From contig CAMFSU010000048.1 of assembly GCA_945983355.1 (NCBI GenBank), positions 20,367 to 84,366 on the forward strand: a DNA stretch of 64,000 bases, read 5' to 3'. Both the position numbers and the translations under genes were made by a program. Position 1 is the first letter of the stretch, and every line of letters starts with the position of its first letter. Source of the DNA: an uncultured Clostridia bacterium. GTDB taxonomy: Bacteria > Bacillota > Clostridia > Oscillospirales > Acutalibacteraceae. Under the pieces are notes generated by a model. It had not been told where the DNA came from and searched no databases. It saw only the letters and a program-made list of their open reading frames with translations. Below, in pieces: positions 55,438 through 64,000 of the stretch.

Positions 55438-56156
55438 AAGCAGCACCACCTCGGGACGATTTCAAGCTGCGTAACATCACCAACCCAGGAAATAGCATTG
55501 CTGCCAGGTAGCAGCGTAGGGAAAGCCGCTCCCGACATTTTGTTATTTTGGGGCTGTATGCCCTTATAAGCGTTCATAATGTCGGAGTCTACCTCGATAT
55601 ACTCGTCAATATCCGTAAAGGTAAACGAGTCATTGTTTACGGTTAAAGTAACCGTCCCGCTGCCCGTGATTTTGATATACGGCGCGGACGGGTAAAACTC
55701 TGCATTGTAGAGGGTGCCTGCTGCCGTGAATACGACGGGCTGTTGTCCCTCGAAAGAATACTTAAACGGCTTACAGTTAAAAGAGAGCTTTACCTCGCCG
55801 AGGTCGCGGAGCTCTTGCTCTATGTCTACCTCGTCGGAGTAGGAGCCCAGGCGAAAATACTTTTTATCGTAGCTATCCCACAAACGGAAATAGCCCTGCT
55901 CCGCCAGGAGCCAACCTTTAATTTGGTGTGTAAGCTCGACAAATTCCCGCTCGGTATTGTTGAGCAATACGCAGTTATACGGGATTTTGATATTTTTATA
56001 GCGTCCGTTGTCTGTGATAAGGTCGCCGCTGCGCCCTGGGACGCTTGTATAGCTAATATCCCGAGAGGCTCCCTTGTAGGAGCCTTTCTCGGAAATAAGC
56101 AACCCAAACTCGAGGGAGCTATGGTCTTTGAACATAAAAAACGGTAATTTTTCCAT
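55434..56156 (-). CDS. distal tail protein Dit (siphovirus tail component)
   Basis: 240 aa between TMP and Tal, FGLLISEKGSYKGASRDISYTSVPGRSGDL pattern. Confidence 0.75.
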   Translation of the reverse strand: MEKLPFFMFKDHSSLEFGLLISEKGSYKGASRDISYTSVPGRSGDLITDNGRYKNIKIPYNCVLLNNTEREFVELTHQIKGWLLAEQGYFRLWDSYDKKYFRLGSYSDEVDIEQELRDLGEVKLSFNCKPFKYSFEGQQPVVFTAAGTLYNAEFYPSAPYIKITGSGTVTLTVNNDSFTFTDIDEYIEVDSDIMNAYKGIQPQNNKMSGAAFPTLLPGSNAISWVGDVTQLEIVPRWCCL

Positions 56157-58345
56157 TATGCAAATACAACTCCCTTTCTTTGGATTTTCTCGGCTATAAA
56201 CTCTAACAAGAGGTCAACAAAGCTCTCTACATCTTGCTCGCTGTCGCCTTTGAGGTTTTCAATGTAAATAGCCTTTTCGCCGAGCTCGATTTTGATAACG
56301 AGCCGTCCCTCTTTGTCGTCGCCTGCTGCCGCCGTAGACATAGCGGCGGAGTATTCCTTGTTTTCGCCTGCGGTCAATACGCGCTCGCCCTTGTGGAGCA
56401 ACGCGGGGTACTCGTCATAAGGTACATACTCCATACCGATACGGAGGCGGGAGAGTTCCTTAATGTTGAGTCCTAAACCGCCTACGCCTGGTACCCAATC
56501 GGGTATTTTTAGCTTGTTAAGCCCTCGGATAAAAACATTTATACCGTCAATTATCCAATTTATAGGCACCTTAAAGGCGTTTTTGATACCCTCAAAAATA
56601 TTCTTGAAAATACTTACTACTGCGTCCCAGGCTCCGCGCCAATTACCCGTAAAGACATTTTTAACAAAGTCGATAATACCCTGGAAAATTCCCTTGACAT
56701 TCTCGAAAACCTTTTTAATGCCCTCAAAGGCGTTTTTGAAAACGCCGCCGACAATATCCGCTACGCCCGAGAAAGCCTTTTGCAGGGGCGGTAAGAGCTT
56801 GTCAAACAGCATTTTAATAAAGTCGCACAACGGCGGTAAAATGAGGTTGAGTAAGTCCAGGAGAGGCTCTAACAGCACCATTAAAATATCGAGTATCGGC
56901 TGAATAACGGGCAAGAGCGCGTCAAGCAGCGAGATAACCACGGGCAAAATAGCCTCGATTATCTGTATAGCGATAGGTACGATAGTTTCGATTAACTTTA
57001 AGAGGATAGGTAATACCTGGTCTATAATTTGCAAAATCGGAGGCAATAGCATTTCGATTAACTGAATAATCACGGGCAAAATAGCCTCGATAATGCGTAC
57101 CACCAACGGCAAAATAAGGTTGATAAGGTTTATAATTACGGGCAAAATGGTATTTACTATCTGCAAAATAGGCGGTAGTAACATCTGCAAAAGCTGAATT
57201 ACAACGGGGAGTATAGCCTGGATAATTTGCAAGATAGGCGGTAAAATCGCTTGTATTAGCTGAATAAGGATAGGTAGTACCGTATTTATAATCTGCATAA
57301 CAAGCGGCATAAGCCCGTTAATTAGGTCAACCACTATAGGGAGCACTTGCTCTATAATTTGGATAAGGAACGGTAGGAGCTGCTGAAATAGGCTGATTAT
57401 AACGGGCAGAATTGCCGTAATAATCGACTCAATAGGAGGCAGCAGAGCCGTTACTAAATCCATAAGGACGGGAAATAGCGTTTCAATCAGCGTAAACAAA
57501 GGCGGTAAAAGCTGCTCGAAAATACTTGTAATAACGGGTATCAGCCTATCAAATAAGGCTTGAATTTTAGGGAGTCCCGCTATTATCATATCGGCGACTT
57601 TTTGTATAAGCGGAATTGCCGCCGCGCCTATTCTGTTCATAAGCCCGCCGAAAGCGTCCTTAATGTTTGCTATCGTATCTCCGAGGACTACGCCCGCTTT
57701 TACGGTGTCCTCCGACATAACTATACCGAGGTCGTCCGCCTCTTTCTTTAGAGCCGCCATACCCTCGGAGCCTGCGTTAAGCAGCGGTAGCATTTCGGTA
57801 TAGCTTTTTCCGAGGAGGTCGTTACCCAGGGCGTTACGCTCTGCGCCGTCCTCCATATCCGCAAGAGCTGCGGTAATGGTGTTAAACTTTTCCTCGGTTG
57901 ACATAGCGTTAAGGTCGTCCAGGGATAGCCCCAAACGCTCTATAGCTGTTGCTGCTGTTTTGGAGCCGTTGTTTGCGTCGTCCACAACATCAGACATTTT
58001 TTTAATACCGTTTTTGAAAGAGTCAACACTAACGCCGCTTTGGTCGGCGGCGTGTTTCCACCGTTGCAGCTCCTCGCGGTTTATTCCCGTTCTCTCGGAG
58101 AGCTTGTCGATATAATCGGCTTGCTCGGCTGTTTTCATTGCCATACCGTAAGCGGCGGTACCGACAGCCGCGGCTCCCGTTATAACCGCCGCTCCCATAG
58201 CGGCGGCACCCTTTGCAATAGAGGAGAAAGCGGAGCCTACCTTTGAGCCGCTCTTTTCCGCCTTTTCGGTTGTCGTGTCGATACTTTTATCAGCCTCGGC
58301 ATTGTCAATAAAGATAGTACCGAAAAGCGAAAAAATACTTGCCAT
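56156..58345 (-). CDS. tail tape measure protein
   Basis: 729 aa. N-terminal TMP domain (IDKLSERTGINREELQRWKHAADQSGVS), a long helical repeat core, and position after the G/GT chaperones. Confidence 0.9.
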   Translation of the reverse strand: MASIFSLFGTIFIDNAEADKSIDTTTEKAEKSGSKVGSAFSSIAKGAAAMGAAVITGAAAVGTAAYGMAMKTAEQADYIDKLSERTGINREELQRWKHAADQSGVSVDSFKNGIKKMSDVVDDANNGSKTAATAIERLGLSLDDLNAMSTEEKFNTITAALADMEDGAERNALGNDLLGKSYTEMLPLLNAGSEGMAALKKEADDLGIVMSEDTVKAGVVLGDTIANIKDAFGGLMNRIGAAAIPLIQKVADMIIAGLPKIQALFDRLIPVITSIFEQLLPPLFTLIETLFPVLMDLVTALLPPIESIITAILPVIISLFQQLLPFLIQIIEQVLPIVVDLINGLMPLVMQIINTVLPILIQLIQAILPPILQIIQAILPVVIQLLQMLLPPILQIVNTILPVIINLINLILPLVVRIIEAILPVIIQLIEMLLPPILQIIDQVLPILLKLIETIVPIAIQIIEAILPVVISLLDALLPVIQPILDILMVLLEPLLDLLNLILPPLCDFIKMLFDKLLPPLQKAFSGVADIVGGVFKNAFEGIKKVFENVKGIFQGIIDFVKNVFTGNWRGAWDAVVSIFKNIFEGIKNAFKVPINWIIDGINVFIRGLNKLKIPDWVPGVGGLGLNIKELSRLRIGMEYVPYDEYPALLHKGERVLTAGENKEYSAAMSTAAAGDDKEGRLVIKIELGEKAIYIENLKGDSEQDVESFVDLLLEFIAEKIQRKGVVFA
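56880..57570 (-). repeat. about 21 tandem 33-bp (11-codon) repeats inside the tape measure gene
   Basis: A Leu-Pro pair recurs every 11 residues, with Pro at aa 259, 270, 281 ... 479 (for example AILPVIIQLIE / MLLPPILQIID). A 20-bp exact DNA recurrence (cacgggcaaaatagcctcgat) is also present. Confidence 0.8.
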
Positions 58346-58348
58346 AGG

Positions 58349-59040
58349 TTAGCCTCCTTTCTGTTTATCAGCCGCAACAATCGGCGCAAAGTCCGCCATA
58401 ATGTCCTCGGCTGTTCTTTTCTTTTCTGTTTTAGGCTGCGGGGCGGGCTCGTCCGATAGCACACTCGCTAAAAATTCGGGATAGTCCATAACCTCGAGCC
58501 CTGGTTTTATTTTTGCTGCTGCATAATTTACGAGCCACAAAGGGAAAAGCCGCTTTTCGATTTCCGCTTTTTGCAGGCGTTCCTCCTCTTTGCGGGCGAA
58601 AGAAAGCAGCTCACCGAGAGCCGTTAAAGGTAGACTCTCGATAAGCTGCCAATCGTAGTATTTATGCAGTAGCGTTAAGCTCCTTGCTCTACTTTCTTTC
58701 GTAGAGCACGCTTGAAAAAACTTACGATACCCTCGTCGTTGATAAGGTCGTTAATTACCTCGGCTGCGTCTTTCTTGTACGCCTCCTCGAGGGAAATATC
58801 GTAGTAAGCCGCCACGAGGGGCGGGAGGTCGTCGGCAATCTTGCCGAGCTGCGGGGTGAGTTCGCATAAGATTTCGCAGGCTAAAATACCTACCTTTTCG
58901 CGGGAAAGCTGTTTCATAGCGTCCTTTGCGTCCTTTGCGTCCTCGAAAATGTCAAGCCCTTTGAGCATTTCTACAGCGGGCTTAATATCGAGCTTGCCTA
59001 CGATTTTAAGCAACATAGGCATAGTCTTAATAGTGAGCAT
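58349..59040 (-). CDS. tail assembly chaperone frameshift product (gpGT-like, -1 PRF)
   Basis: The -1 frame is open from the slippery site through 58349 (FFQACSTKESRARSLTLLHKYYDWQLIES...WLVNYAAAK...). It lacks its own start/RBS upstream. Confidence 0.65.
58675..59040 (-). CDS. tail assembly chaperone (gpG-like)
   Basis: 121-aa acidic protein between the major tail and TMP genes. Confidence 0.75.
   Translation of the reverse strand: MLTIKTMPMLLKIVGKLDIKPAVEMLKGLDIFEDAKDAKDAMKQLSREKVGILACEILCELTPQLGKIADDLPPLVAAYYDISLEEAYKKDAAEVINDLINDEGIVSFFKRALRKKVEQGA
58714..58720 (-). promoter_or_regulatory. -1 programmed ribosomal frameshift slippery heptamer T TTT TTC
   Basis: In gpG frame it reads AGT TTT TTC, 12 codons before the gpG stop. 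A shift to -1 joins the downstream open frame. Confidence 0.65.
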
Positions 59041-59132
59041 ATTTTGGCTCCTCCTTAAATCCTGGTATTATTCCTCGGTGTCGGTACCGTCGTCGGTGCC
59101 ACCGTCTGCGGCGGGCTGTTCACCCTCCGTAT

Positions 59133-59711
59133 TTACCCTGCGGCTGCGGCTGCCGCTGCCTGCGCGGGTGCCTGGGTGATTTCCTCCACTTTCCACAAGG
59201 TGCCGTCGAGGTCGGTATGCGCGTAATGAGCCAAAAACTCAAAGGCGAGTTCGCCCTCGGCTTTCTGTACCGCTTTAGCAGTAAAGCCCGTTTCGTGCAT
59301 AGGGTTGAAAATGGTAATTTTCTTATATTTGCCGCTGATGAGCTTTGCAAACATAGTAATATTTTTGAGGTATGCGCTATCGGGAATAATGCCCGTTTTG
59401 GGATTTGTGATAGCGTTACCCTCCGCGTCGCTTACGGTGCAACCAGGAATAGCGCGGGCGAGGTTTTCCTGGCTCATACAAAGAGTAGTAACCTTAATAG
59501 AGGCTCCCTGCTCCTCGATAACCTGGGTACCCGCTGTCTTGCCGTGTCTGCCGTCAAATTCAATATCGCGGACGGTTACAGTAGCGGCAAACTCGCCGCC
59601 GCCACGAGTAGGAGCCAGGAAACGCTCGGTAGTTTCTCCATAGTCGAGGAAAATAACCGACTCGTCAATCTGGATACTCTCGATTTGCTGTTTGGTAAGA
59701 TTAGTAACCAT
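59133..59711 (-). CDS. major tail protein
   Basis: 192 aa in the canonical position. RGGGEFAATVTVRDIEFDG pattern of phi13/TP901-type major tail proteins. Poly-Ala C-terminus. Confidence 0.8.
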   Translation of the reverse strand: MVTNLTKQQIESIQIDESVIFLDYGETTERFLAPTRGGGEFAATVTVRDIEFDGRHGKTAGTQVIEEQGASIKVTTLCMSQENLARAIPGCTVSDAEGNAITNPKTGIIPDSAYLKNITMFAKLISGKYKKITIFNPMHETGFTAKAVQKAEGELAFEFLAHYAHTDLDGTLWKVEEITQAPAQAAAAAAAG

Positions 59712-59722
59712 TTCGTTACCTC

Positions 59723-60103
59723 CTAATAGTAGAATAATCTTGCCGACATAGATAAACGACGGTGCGCTATATCAAACTCGCTGTCGGCTACGGTGTTTTG
59801 GTTGTCAAAGCCGATATGCCCGTACAAGCCAGGCGCGGCTATAATGGCATTATAAAGCCCGTTGCGGAGGCTGTCGCACGCCCTCTCGAGGTTTATTGTT
59901 GCGTCGGCGGCTTTTTCGTCCGCCCAAACATCAATATAGAAAGAGGCGAGGTCGCCGCTCTCGAGGTCAATAATGTTAATGCCGCTGACTACTGCAAAAA
60001 TCGGAGGCGCATTTTTTGTAGGTGCCTCCTCGTAGGTCGTCGGCAAAATGGTATTAACCCGCTCCGTAAGAGCTGTTATAAATGCCTCGATATTTACTTT
60101 CAT
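59723..60103 (-). CDS. tail terminator/tail completion-like protein (DUF3168-like)
   Basis: 126 aa directly upstream of the major tail gene. Assignment is mainly positional. Confidence 0.5.
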   Translation of the reverse strand: MKVNIEAFITALTERVNTILPTTYEEAPTKNAPPIFAVVSGINIIDLESGDLASFYIDVWADEKAADATINLERACDSLRNGLYNAIIAAPGLYGHIGFDNQNTVADSEFDIAHRRLSMSARLFYY

Positions 60104-60125
60104 AAGGGCGTTACCTCCTCTCGCT

Positions 60126-60434
60126 TTAAGTGGTTTCGACTACGAGAGCTTGACATATCAGCTCGAGGCACTCGTTTTTAATGGGATATGTACGGATAAC
60201 TCGGTACATCTTGCCGTTATACTCAAAGTGTCCCTCTCCGTTATAGTCGAGCTCCTTAATCTCTACGCAAAGCTCGGGGCGGTAGCCCTGGGCTTGTGCC
60301 TGGTAAAACTCGTTTCTCTTTACGCCTTTAGAATTACAAAAAACCTCGCGTTTCTCGTAGTCCTTATACGGCTTGCGGAGCTTGTCGAGCTTTTCTGTTT
60401 CCACGCACAAAAAGCCGATTTCTCGCCAATACAT
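60126..60434 (-). CDS. head closure / head-tail adaptor protein (SPP1 gp16-like)
   Basis: 102 aa, position and size. ...FEYNGKMYRVIRTYP pattern typical of head-tail adaptors. Confidence 0.6.
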   Translation of the reverse strand: MYWREIGFLCVETEKLDKLRKPYKDYEKREVFCNSKGVKRNEFYQAQAQGYRPELCVEIKELDYNGEGHFEYNGKMYRVIRTYPIKNECLELICQALVVETT

Positions 60435-60436
60435 AG

Positions 60437-60736
60437 CTACGCCTCCTCGATATATTCACTTGATAGCTGCAAATGCCGCTTGAGCATTTCGTAGCTGTTG
60501 CGGTACTTTTCAGCGTCCGCGTTATCGAGTCCAAACTCGGCTTTTACATAACAGACAATAGCCCGCTTTATAAGAGCGTCGCTCTCGTCCTCAACCTTTT
60601 CCGCTTTGATACCGCCTAATAAGAGGTCGGCTTGCGCCGCTCCTATTAGGTCGGTAATTTCTGCGTCAAAATGAGTATGGCTTATGCGTAGGTATCGGCG
60701 AACATCATAAACAAATTGCTTTGAGATATTCGCCAT
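60437..60736 (-). CDS. gp6-like head-tail connector protein
   Basis: 99 aa. VRRYLRISHTHFDAEITDLIGAAQADL is the characteristic phage gp6-like motif. Confidence 0.75.
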   Translation of the reverse strand: MANISKQFVYDVRRYLRISHTHFDAEITDLIGAAQADLLLGGIKAEKVEDESDALIKRAIVCYVKAEFGLDNADAEKYRNSYEMLKRHLQLSSEYIEEA

Positions 60737-60753
60737 AGGTCAGCCCTCCGAGA

Positions 60754-61890
60754 TTAGGCTGTAGCCTTAATAAACTTAACGAAAGCCTCGGTAGCCTGCA
60801 CCTTGCCGTCGAACATAGCGCAGCCCAGGAAGTCGTAGGCGTTTTCGCGGGTTACAAACTGCGAGGTAACATTGATTTCCTCGGGCATATTGCCGATATA
60901 ACCACGATAGATATTGCAGAGGTAGCCCTCGTGTACGGTAATTCTATCGTCAAAGCTAACGGGATAACCCATTACGCGGTATACGCCGTTTTCGTGAGTA
61001 ACAATATTATCCTTGCTGTTATTCATAAGGGGGTGAAAATCAGCAAAGAAAGTAGTTTTACTCATAATCCACTCTGCGCCGTTGTCGTAGCCGCCGTTGA
61101 GCAATCCCACGAGGGTTTTAACATCAGCAGCAGCAAGAGAGGCAGCCTTTGCAACAGTAACAGAGTTAGCAGCCGTCCAGGTGATTTTGTCAAAACCCTG
61201 CGCCTCGCCGCTACCGCTACCGTATACGATAAGCTGGTTGATTTTCTCCGCAATCTTGCGGGCAATCTTATTTACGAGCCAATTCTCGAAAGCGTCAATA
61301 GACATTTTCTCGACAGACTTTGAAATAGTTACGAGCTTTGTAACCTCGTAGCCTGTCAATGCAACCTCTACGAGAGTATCTGCGTCGGCAGTAATGGCTA
61401 CGCCCTCCTTGTGAGTCTTTGCGTCGGTAGTTGTACCCTCTGCAGGTACCTTTACGCCGCCAGGCACACGGAGCAAGTCGATTTTATCGAGTAGCGGGCA
61501 ATACTGCTTAACTTTCTCGATAATCTTGTTTTGAGTGATAGTAGGCACCGCAGAGCCTACAGAGCCCGCAGCAGTAGTAAGGGCTCTTGTTTCAGTTTCG
61601 GAGAGCTCAAGCCCTCTAACACTGCGGAGCCAAGCTGTGCGGTATTCCTTTTCGCTGTCGCTTGCAACATCTGCACGAGCTGCAACGGGGTTAGGAATTT
61701 CGGTAGCAGGGATAGTACCCATATTGATACCGTCGATAGTAGCCTTTCTCTTTTCGAGTTCCTTAAACTCGGTATCGAGCTCGCGCAACTCCTTTTCGAT
61801 TTCGTCGAGGTTTACCTCGTCTGTGCCCTGGAGCATTGCGCGGAGTTCCGCCTTACGGTCGTTAATTTCTTTCATACGCTTAATAAACAT
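60754..61890 (-). CDS. major capsid protein, HK97 family (with N-terminal delta/scaffold-like coiled coil)
   Basis: 378 aa. N-terminal coiled coil (ELRAMLQ...EKELRELDTEFKELEKRK), then the HK97 fold region. Follows the prohead protease. Confidence 0.88.
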   Translation of the reverse strand: MFIKRMKEINDRKAELRAMLQGTDEVNLDEIEKELRELDTEFKELEKRKATIDGINMGTIPATEIPNPVAARADVASDSEKEYRTAWLRSVRGLELSETETRALTTAAGSVGSAVPTITQNKIIEKVKQYCPLLDKIDLLRVPGGVKVPAEGTTTDAKTHKEGVAITADADTLVEVALTGYEVTKLVTISKSVEKMSIDAFENWLVNKIARKIAEKINQLIVYGSGSGEAQGFDKITWTAANSVTVAKAASLAAADVKTLVGLLNGGYDNGAEWIMSKTTFFADFHPLMNNSKDNIVTHENGVYRVMGYPVSFDDRITVHEGYLCNIYRGYIGNMPEEINVTSQFVTRENAYDFLGCAMFDGKVQATEAFVKFIKATA

Positions 61891-61926
61891 AGTTCTTTTC
61901 TCCTTGTCGTTTTGATTTTTTAGGGG

Positions 61927-62532
61927 TTAGCAGTAGGTTAAAGCTATCAGCTTTTGACGGCGTGCGCGTTCCTCCAACGCCTTAAACTCTTTCTCGTGCT
62001 CCTCCGAGAAAAAGCCTCTTGCCGTTGTAATGCTTGTTTCGTTGTATGCGGGAAAATCCACCGCCGAAACATCAAACAGCTTTTTTATTTTAGTTATCGT
62101 TCTTGTGTGGGTTTCTCTGTCGTAAGAGTGCTCCCTCACAATAAACGAAAAACTCATTTTATCAACGCGGCGTTTCATAACATCACGGTGTAAATTGCGG
62201 TGCCGCTCGTCCTCGCTGTCGAGGTGTGCCGCAATGTCGAGCCCTCTATCCGTAATGGAATAGTCGAGGGATTTGTTACGAGTGCGGGCGTACACGGTAG
62301 AGTCGTTCTGCCCGTGGTTGCGATTAAAGATAAAATCCGACATATCGCAGCCGTCGAGAGCACCGCGAGCGATAACCTCCTTGTACTGTACGCCGTCAAT
62401 TTCGCAAATAACGGTAGGCGTATCAAACACAATAGGGGTACCACGCAGCACGAGCTCGTCGCTGCTGTCGTCGTCGGGAGTAGTAAACGGAGCTAATGCT
62501 CTATACTCCCTCTCGTTTGGTTTATAAGGCAT
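61927..62532 (-). CDS. HK97-family prohead protease
   Basis: 201 aa, LRGTPIVFD...FNRNHG...SFSF pattern, between portal and capsid. Confidence 0.85.
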   Translation of the reverse strand: MPYKPNEREYRALAPFTTPDDDSSDELVLRGTPIVFDTPTVICEIDGVQYKEVIARGALDGCDMSDFIFNRNHGQNDSTVYARTRNKSLDYSITDRGLDIAAHLDSEDERHRNLHRDVMKRRVDKMSFSFIVREHSYDRETHTRTITKIKKLFDVSAVDFPAYNETSITTARGFFSEEHEKEFKALEERARRQKLIALTYC

Positions 62533-62534
62533 AT

Positions 62535-63869
62535 TTACTCGTCCTCCTCTCCGTCGTTCTCGCCCTTTTTAGGTGCCGCAGCGGGTGCGGTACCGTCCTC
62601 GAGGTCGTCCTCGTCGTCCTCGGTGCCTGCGGGCGGTGTTTTTTCTTTTCCCTTGTCGCCTAATTGGTACTCGTCGGCTTTCACCGCATTAACCATATTG
62701 AGCGTCTGTACGCGGCGTTTGCCCTCCTCGCCGCCGATAGGCGGAAAACCGAGCGTTACTAATGCCTGGTCGAGCATTAAACCGCCGATTTCGGAGAGAT
62801 ACTTAACCGCTGCGAGCTTGTCGGAGAGTTTCGCGTATTGGAGCTTGTTTCCCTCTGCGACAATTTCGTTACCGTAACCGCGCTCTTTGCGGGTAAAGAA
62901 ACAATTTGTAAAAGCCTGCTCAAGCTGCATATAAAACGGCTTGATTTCGCCGTCGTAAAAGTCGTCCTCCTGGTCGGGTGTAGCTTTGTTTTGTACGATA
63001 GCCTCGTTAGTGCCGAGGTAGTCGTAAATTTCGGTCTTGATATATTGGAGCTGCCCCTGCGGGAGTGGCGTTTGCTTGTCCTGGATAGGCGTATACTCGT
63101 ACTTATTGTCTGTAACGATAACGCCCGCGCCGTTGTTCTCCATTTTGAGGTTATCTCGTATAAAGTCGTCGCGGCGGCTTTTCAAGTCCTCGTTTTTTGT
63201 GGAGGCTGCAACTTTCAAAATACCGCGTACAACCGCCACAAGCTCGGCAAACTTACCCATAGATTGGTTAAAGGTGTCCGCCGTTTTCAAAACGGGTAAA
63301 AGCGCGTTATTGCTGCTGCCGAAAAGCTCATTATCGGCAAACATAGAGCCGATATGTATAATATCCGTGTACGGGAAAGTATAGGTTTTCCCGCCGTAAA
63401 AACGGAATTTTAAGTATAGCTCTCCCTTGTGCTCAAGCAGCTTTATTTCCTGGGCGTTAATATTGTACATAGCCTCGAGCTTGCCCGTGTATTCGTTCCA
63501 TACAGGAAAAATAAAAGCGTTGTTATAGAGCTTGTACTGCGCCGCCAGGCGGTAGTAGAATTTGTACGCCGTCGTAAGCGGGTTAGGTTGGTACTGCAAA
63601 ATGTAGTTAAGGTTGCTGCCCTCCACATCTTGCAATTTTCCGTCGCCTTTTCGGATATGTCGTGGTTGCACCCTTGCCGCTCTGCGGGCGAAAGAGTGAA
63701 TAGCAGCGCGGACGGTGTTTACCTCCCAGGCATTGCCCGAAAACGGTACAAAATTCGTTTGATAGGAATTGAGGAGCCTAAACTCGGTAAAGCTCTGCTC
63801 GCGCGGAGGCTCTTTGCCAAAGATAAGCTCATAAAGTCCTCGTCTTTCTTTCATTTTTTCACCCCACAT
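62535..63869 (-). CDS. phage portal protein (HK97 family)
   Basis: 444 aa with an acidic C-terminal tail, in the position upstream of the protease. The start may be the second Met (MKERRGLYE). Confidence 0.85.
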   Translation of the reverse strand: MWGEKMKERRGLYELIFGKEPPREQSFTEFRLLNSYQTNFVPFSGNAWEVNTVRAAIHSFARRAARVQPRHIRKGDGKLQDVEGSNLNYILQYQPNPLTTAYKFYYRLAAQYKLYNNAFIFPVWNEYTGKLEAMYNINAQEIKLLEHKGELYLKFRFYGGKTYTFPYTDIIHIGSMFADNELFGSSNNALLPVLKTADTFNQSMGKFAELVAVVRGILKVAASTKNEDLKSRRDDFIRDNLKMENNGAGVIVTDNKYEYTPIQDKQTPLPQGQLQYIKTEIYDYLGTNEAIVQNKATPDQEDDFYDGEIKPFYMQLEQAFTNCFFTRKERGYGNEIVAEGNKLQYAKLSDKLAAVKYLSEIGGLMLDQALVTLGFPPIGGEEGKRRVQTLNMVNAVKADEYQLGDKGKEKTPPAGTEDDEDDLEDGTAPAAAPKKGENDGEEDE

Positions 63870-64000
63870 TGTACATAAAGTCGTCGTAATATTTTACATA
63901 GATAACCCAAGCGTTAAGTAACGATACCGCCCCGTCAATGCGGCGTTTATCGGTTATCTTGACGGGTTGAATATTATTAACCCCGCTTTTCTTTACTGCC
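63859..64000 (-). CDS. 3' end of upstream packaging gene (probably terminase large subunit), truncated
   Basis: Hand translation gives an open frame ending ...AWVIYVKYYDDFMYNVG* whose TGA overlaps the portal start. Identity is inferred from position only. Confidence 0.35.
   Translation of the reverse strand, partial: AVKKSGVNNIQPVKITDKRRIDGAVSLLNAWVIYVKYYDDFMYNVG

Larger units (their letters stand above)
44797..64000 (-). mobile_element. prophage late region (siphovirus-like, HK97-type head), truncated by window end
   Basis: An uninterrupted minus-strand block runs portal, protease, capsid, connectors, tail, TMP, Dit, Tal, RBPs, DGR and lysis genes. It is more GC-rich than the flanking chromosome. 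The left boundary is uncertain, somewhere in 42.2-44.8 kb. Confidence 0.9.

Noticed and set aside
59041-59132. Possible frameshift extension of the major tail protein beyond its poly-Ala C-terminus
   Set aside because: The alternative frame adds only about 25 residues with no recognisable domain, and no convincing slippery site is present. Treated as an intergenic spacer carrying the RBS of the chaperone gene.
1-64000. CRISPR arrays, tRNA or rRNA genes
   Set aside because: No regularly spaced direct repeats and no tRNA- or rRNA-like segments were seen in the intergenic regions inspected by eye. A tRNAscan or CRISPR-finder run would be needed to exclude them formally.

Overview
The window has two parts. 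Bases 1 to about 42,220 are ordinary low-GC Firmicutes/Clostridia-type chromosome. They carry galT, sufCB, rpmG-secE-nusG-rplK-rplA, rlmH, murA and the jag-yidC-yidD-rnpA-rpmH cluster. They also carry a TPP-riboswitch-controlled thiT, queH, spoIID, a lysine-riboswitch-controlled dapA-lysA, polA, a t6A-related cluster, mreBCD-mrdA-minD, mgsA and hisS-aspS. Directly after the aspS terminator the composition becomes visibly more GC-rich (judged by eye, not computed) and the content becomes accessory. First comes an IS30-family transposase with a hicAB toxin-antitoxin pair, all enclosed by a 17-bp perfect (about 25-bp imperfect) inverted repeat at 42247-44110. Next is a promoter, long-hairpin and terminator unit in front of a membrane-anchored HIRAN-domain gene. 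From about 44.8 kb to the window end lies a co-directional minus-strand siphovirus-like prophage late region. It runs portal, protease, HK97-type capsid, connectors, major tail, frameshifted chaperones, tape measure, Dit, Tal, receptor-binding proteins and a lysis cassette. The integrase and early genes are outside the window. The standout feature sits inside the prophage tail-fiber region: a complete diversity-generating retroelement (DGR). It has the order target gene with C-terminal variable repeat (VR), avd-like gene, template repeat (TR), reverse transcriptase (RT). TR and VR share 129 bp with 16 mismatches, and 15 of those fall at TR adenines on the coding strand. A GRNA-loop hairpin lies just downstream of VR. 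All calls come from reading the ORF translations and the DNA by eye. No database search, HMM or folding program was run. Start codons were chosen from RBS context and may be off by a few codons.
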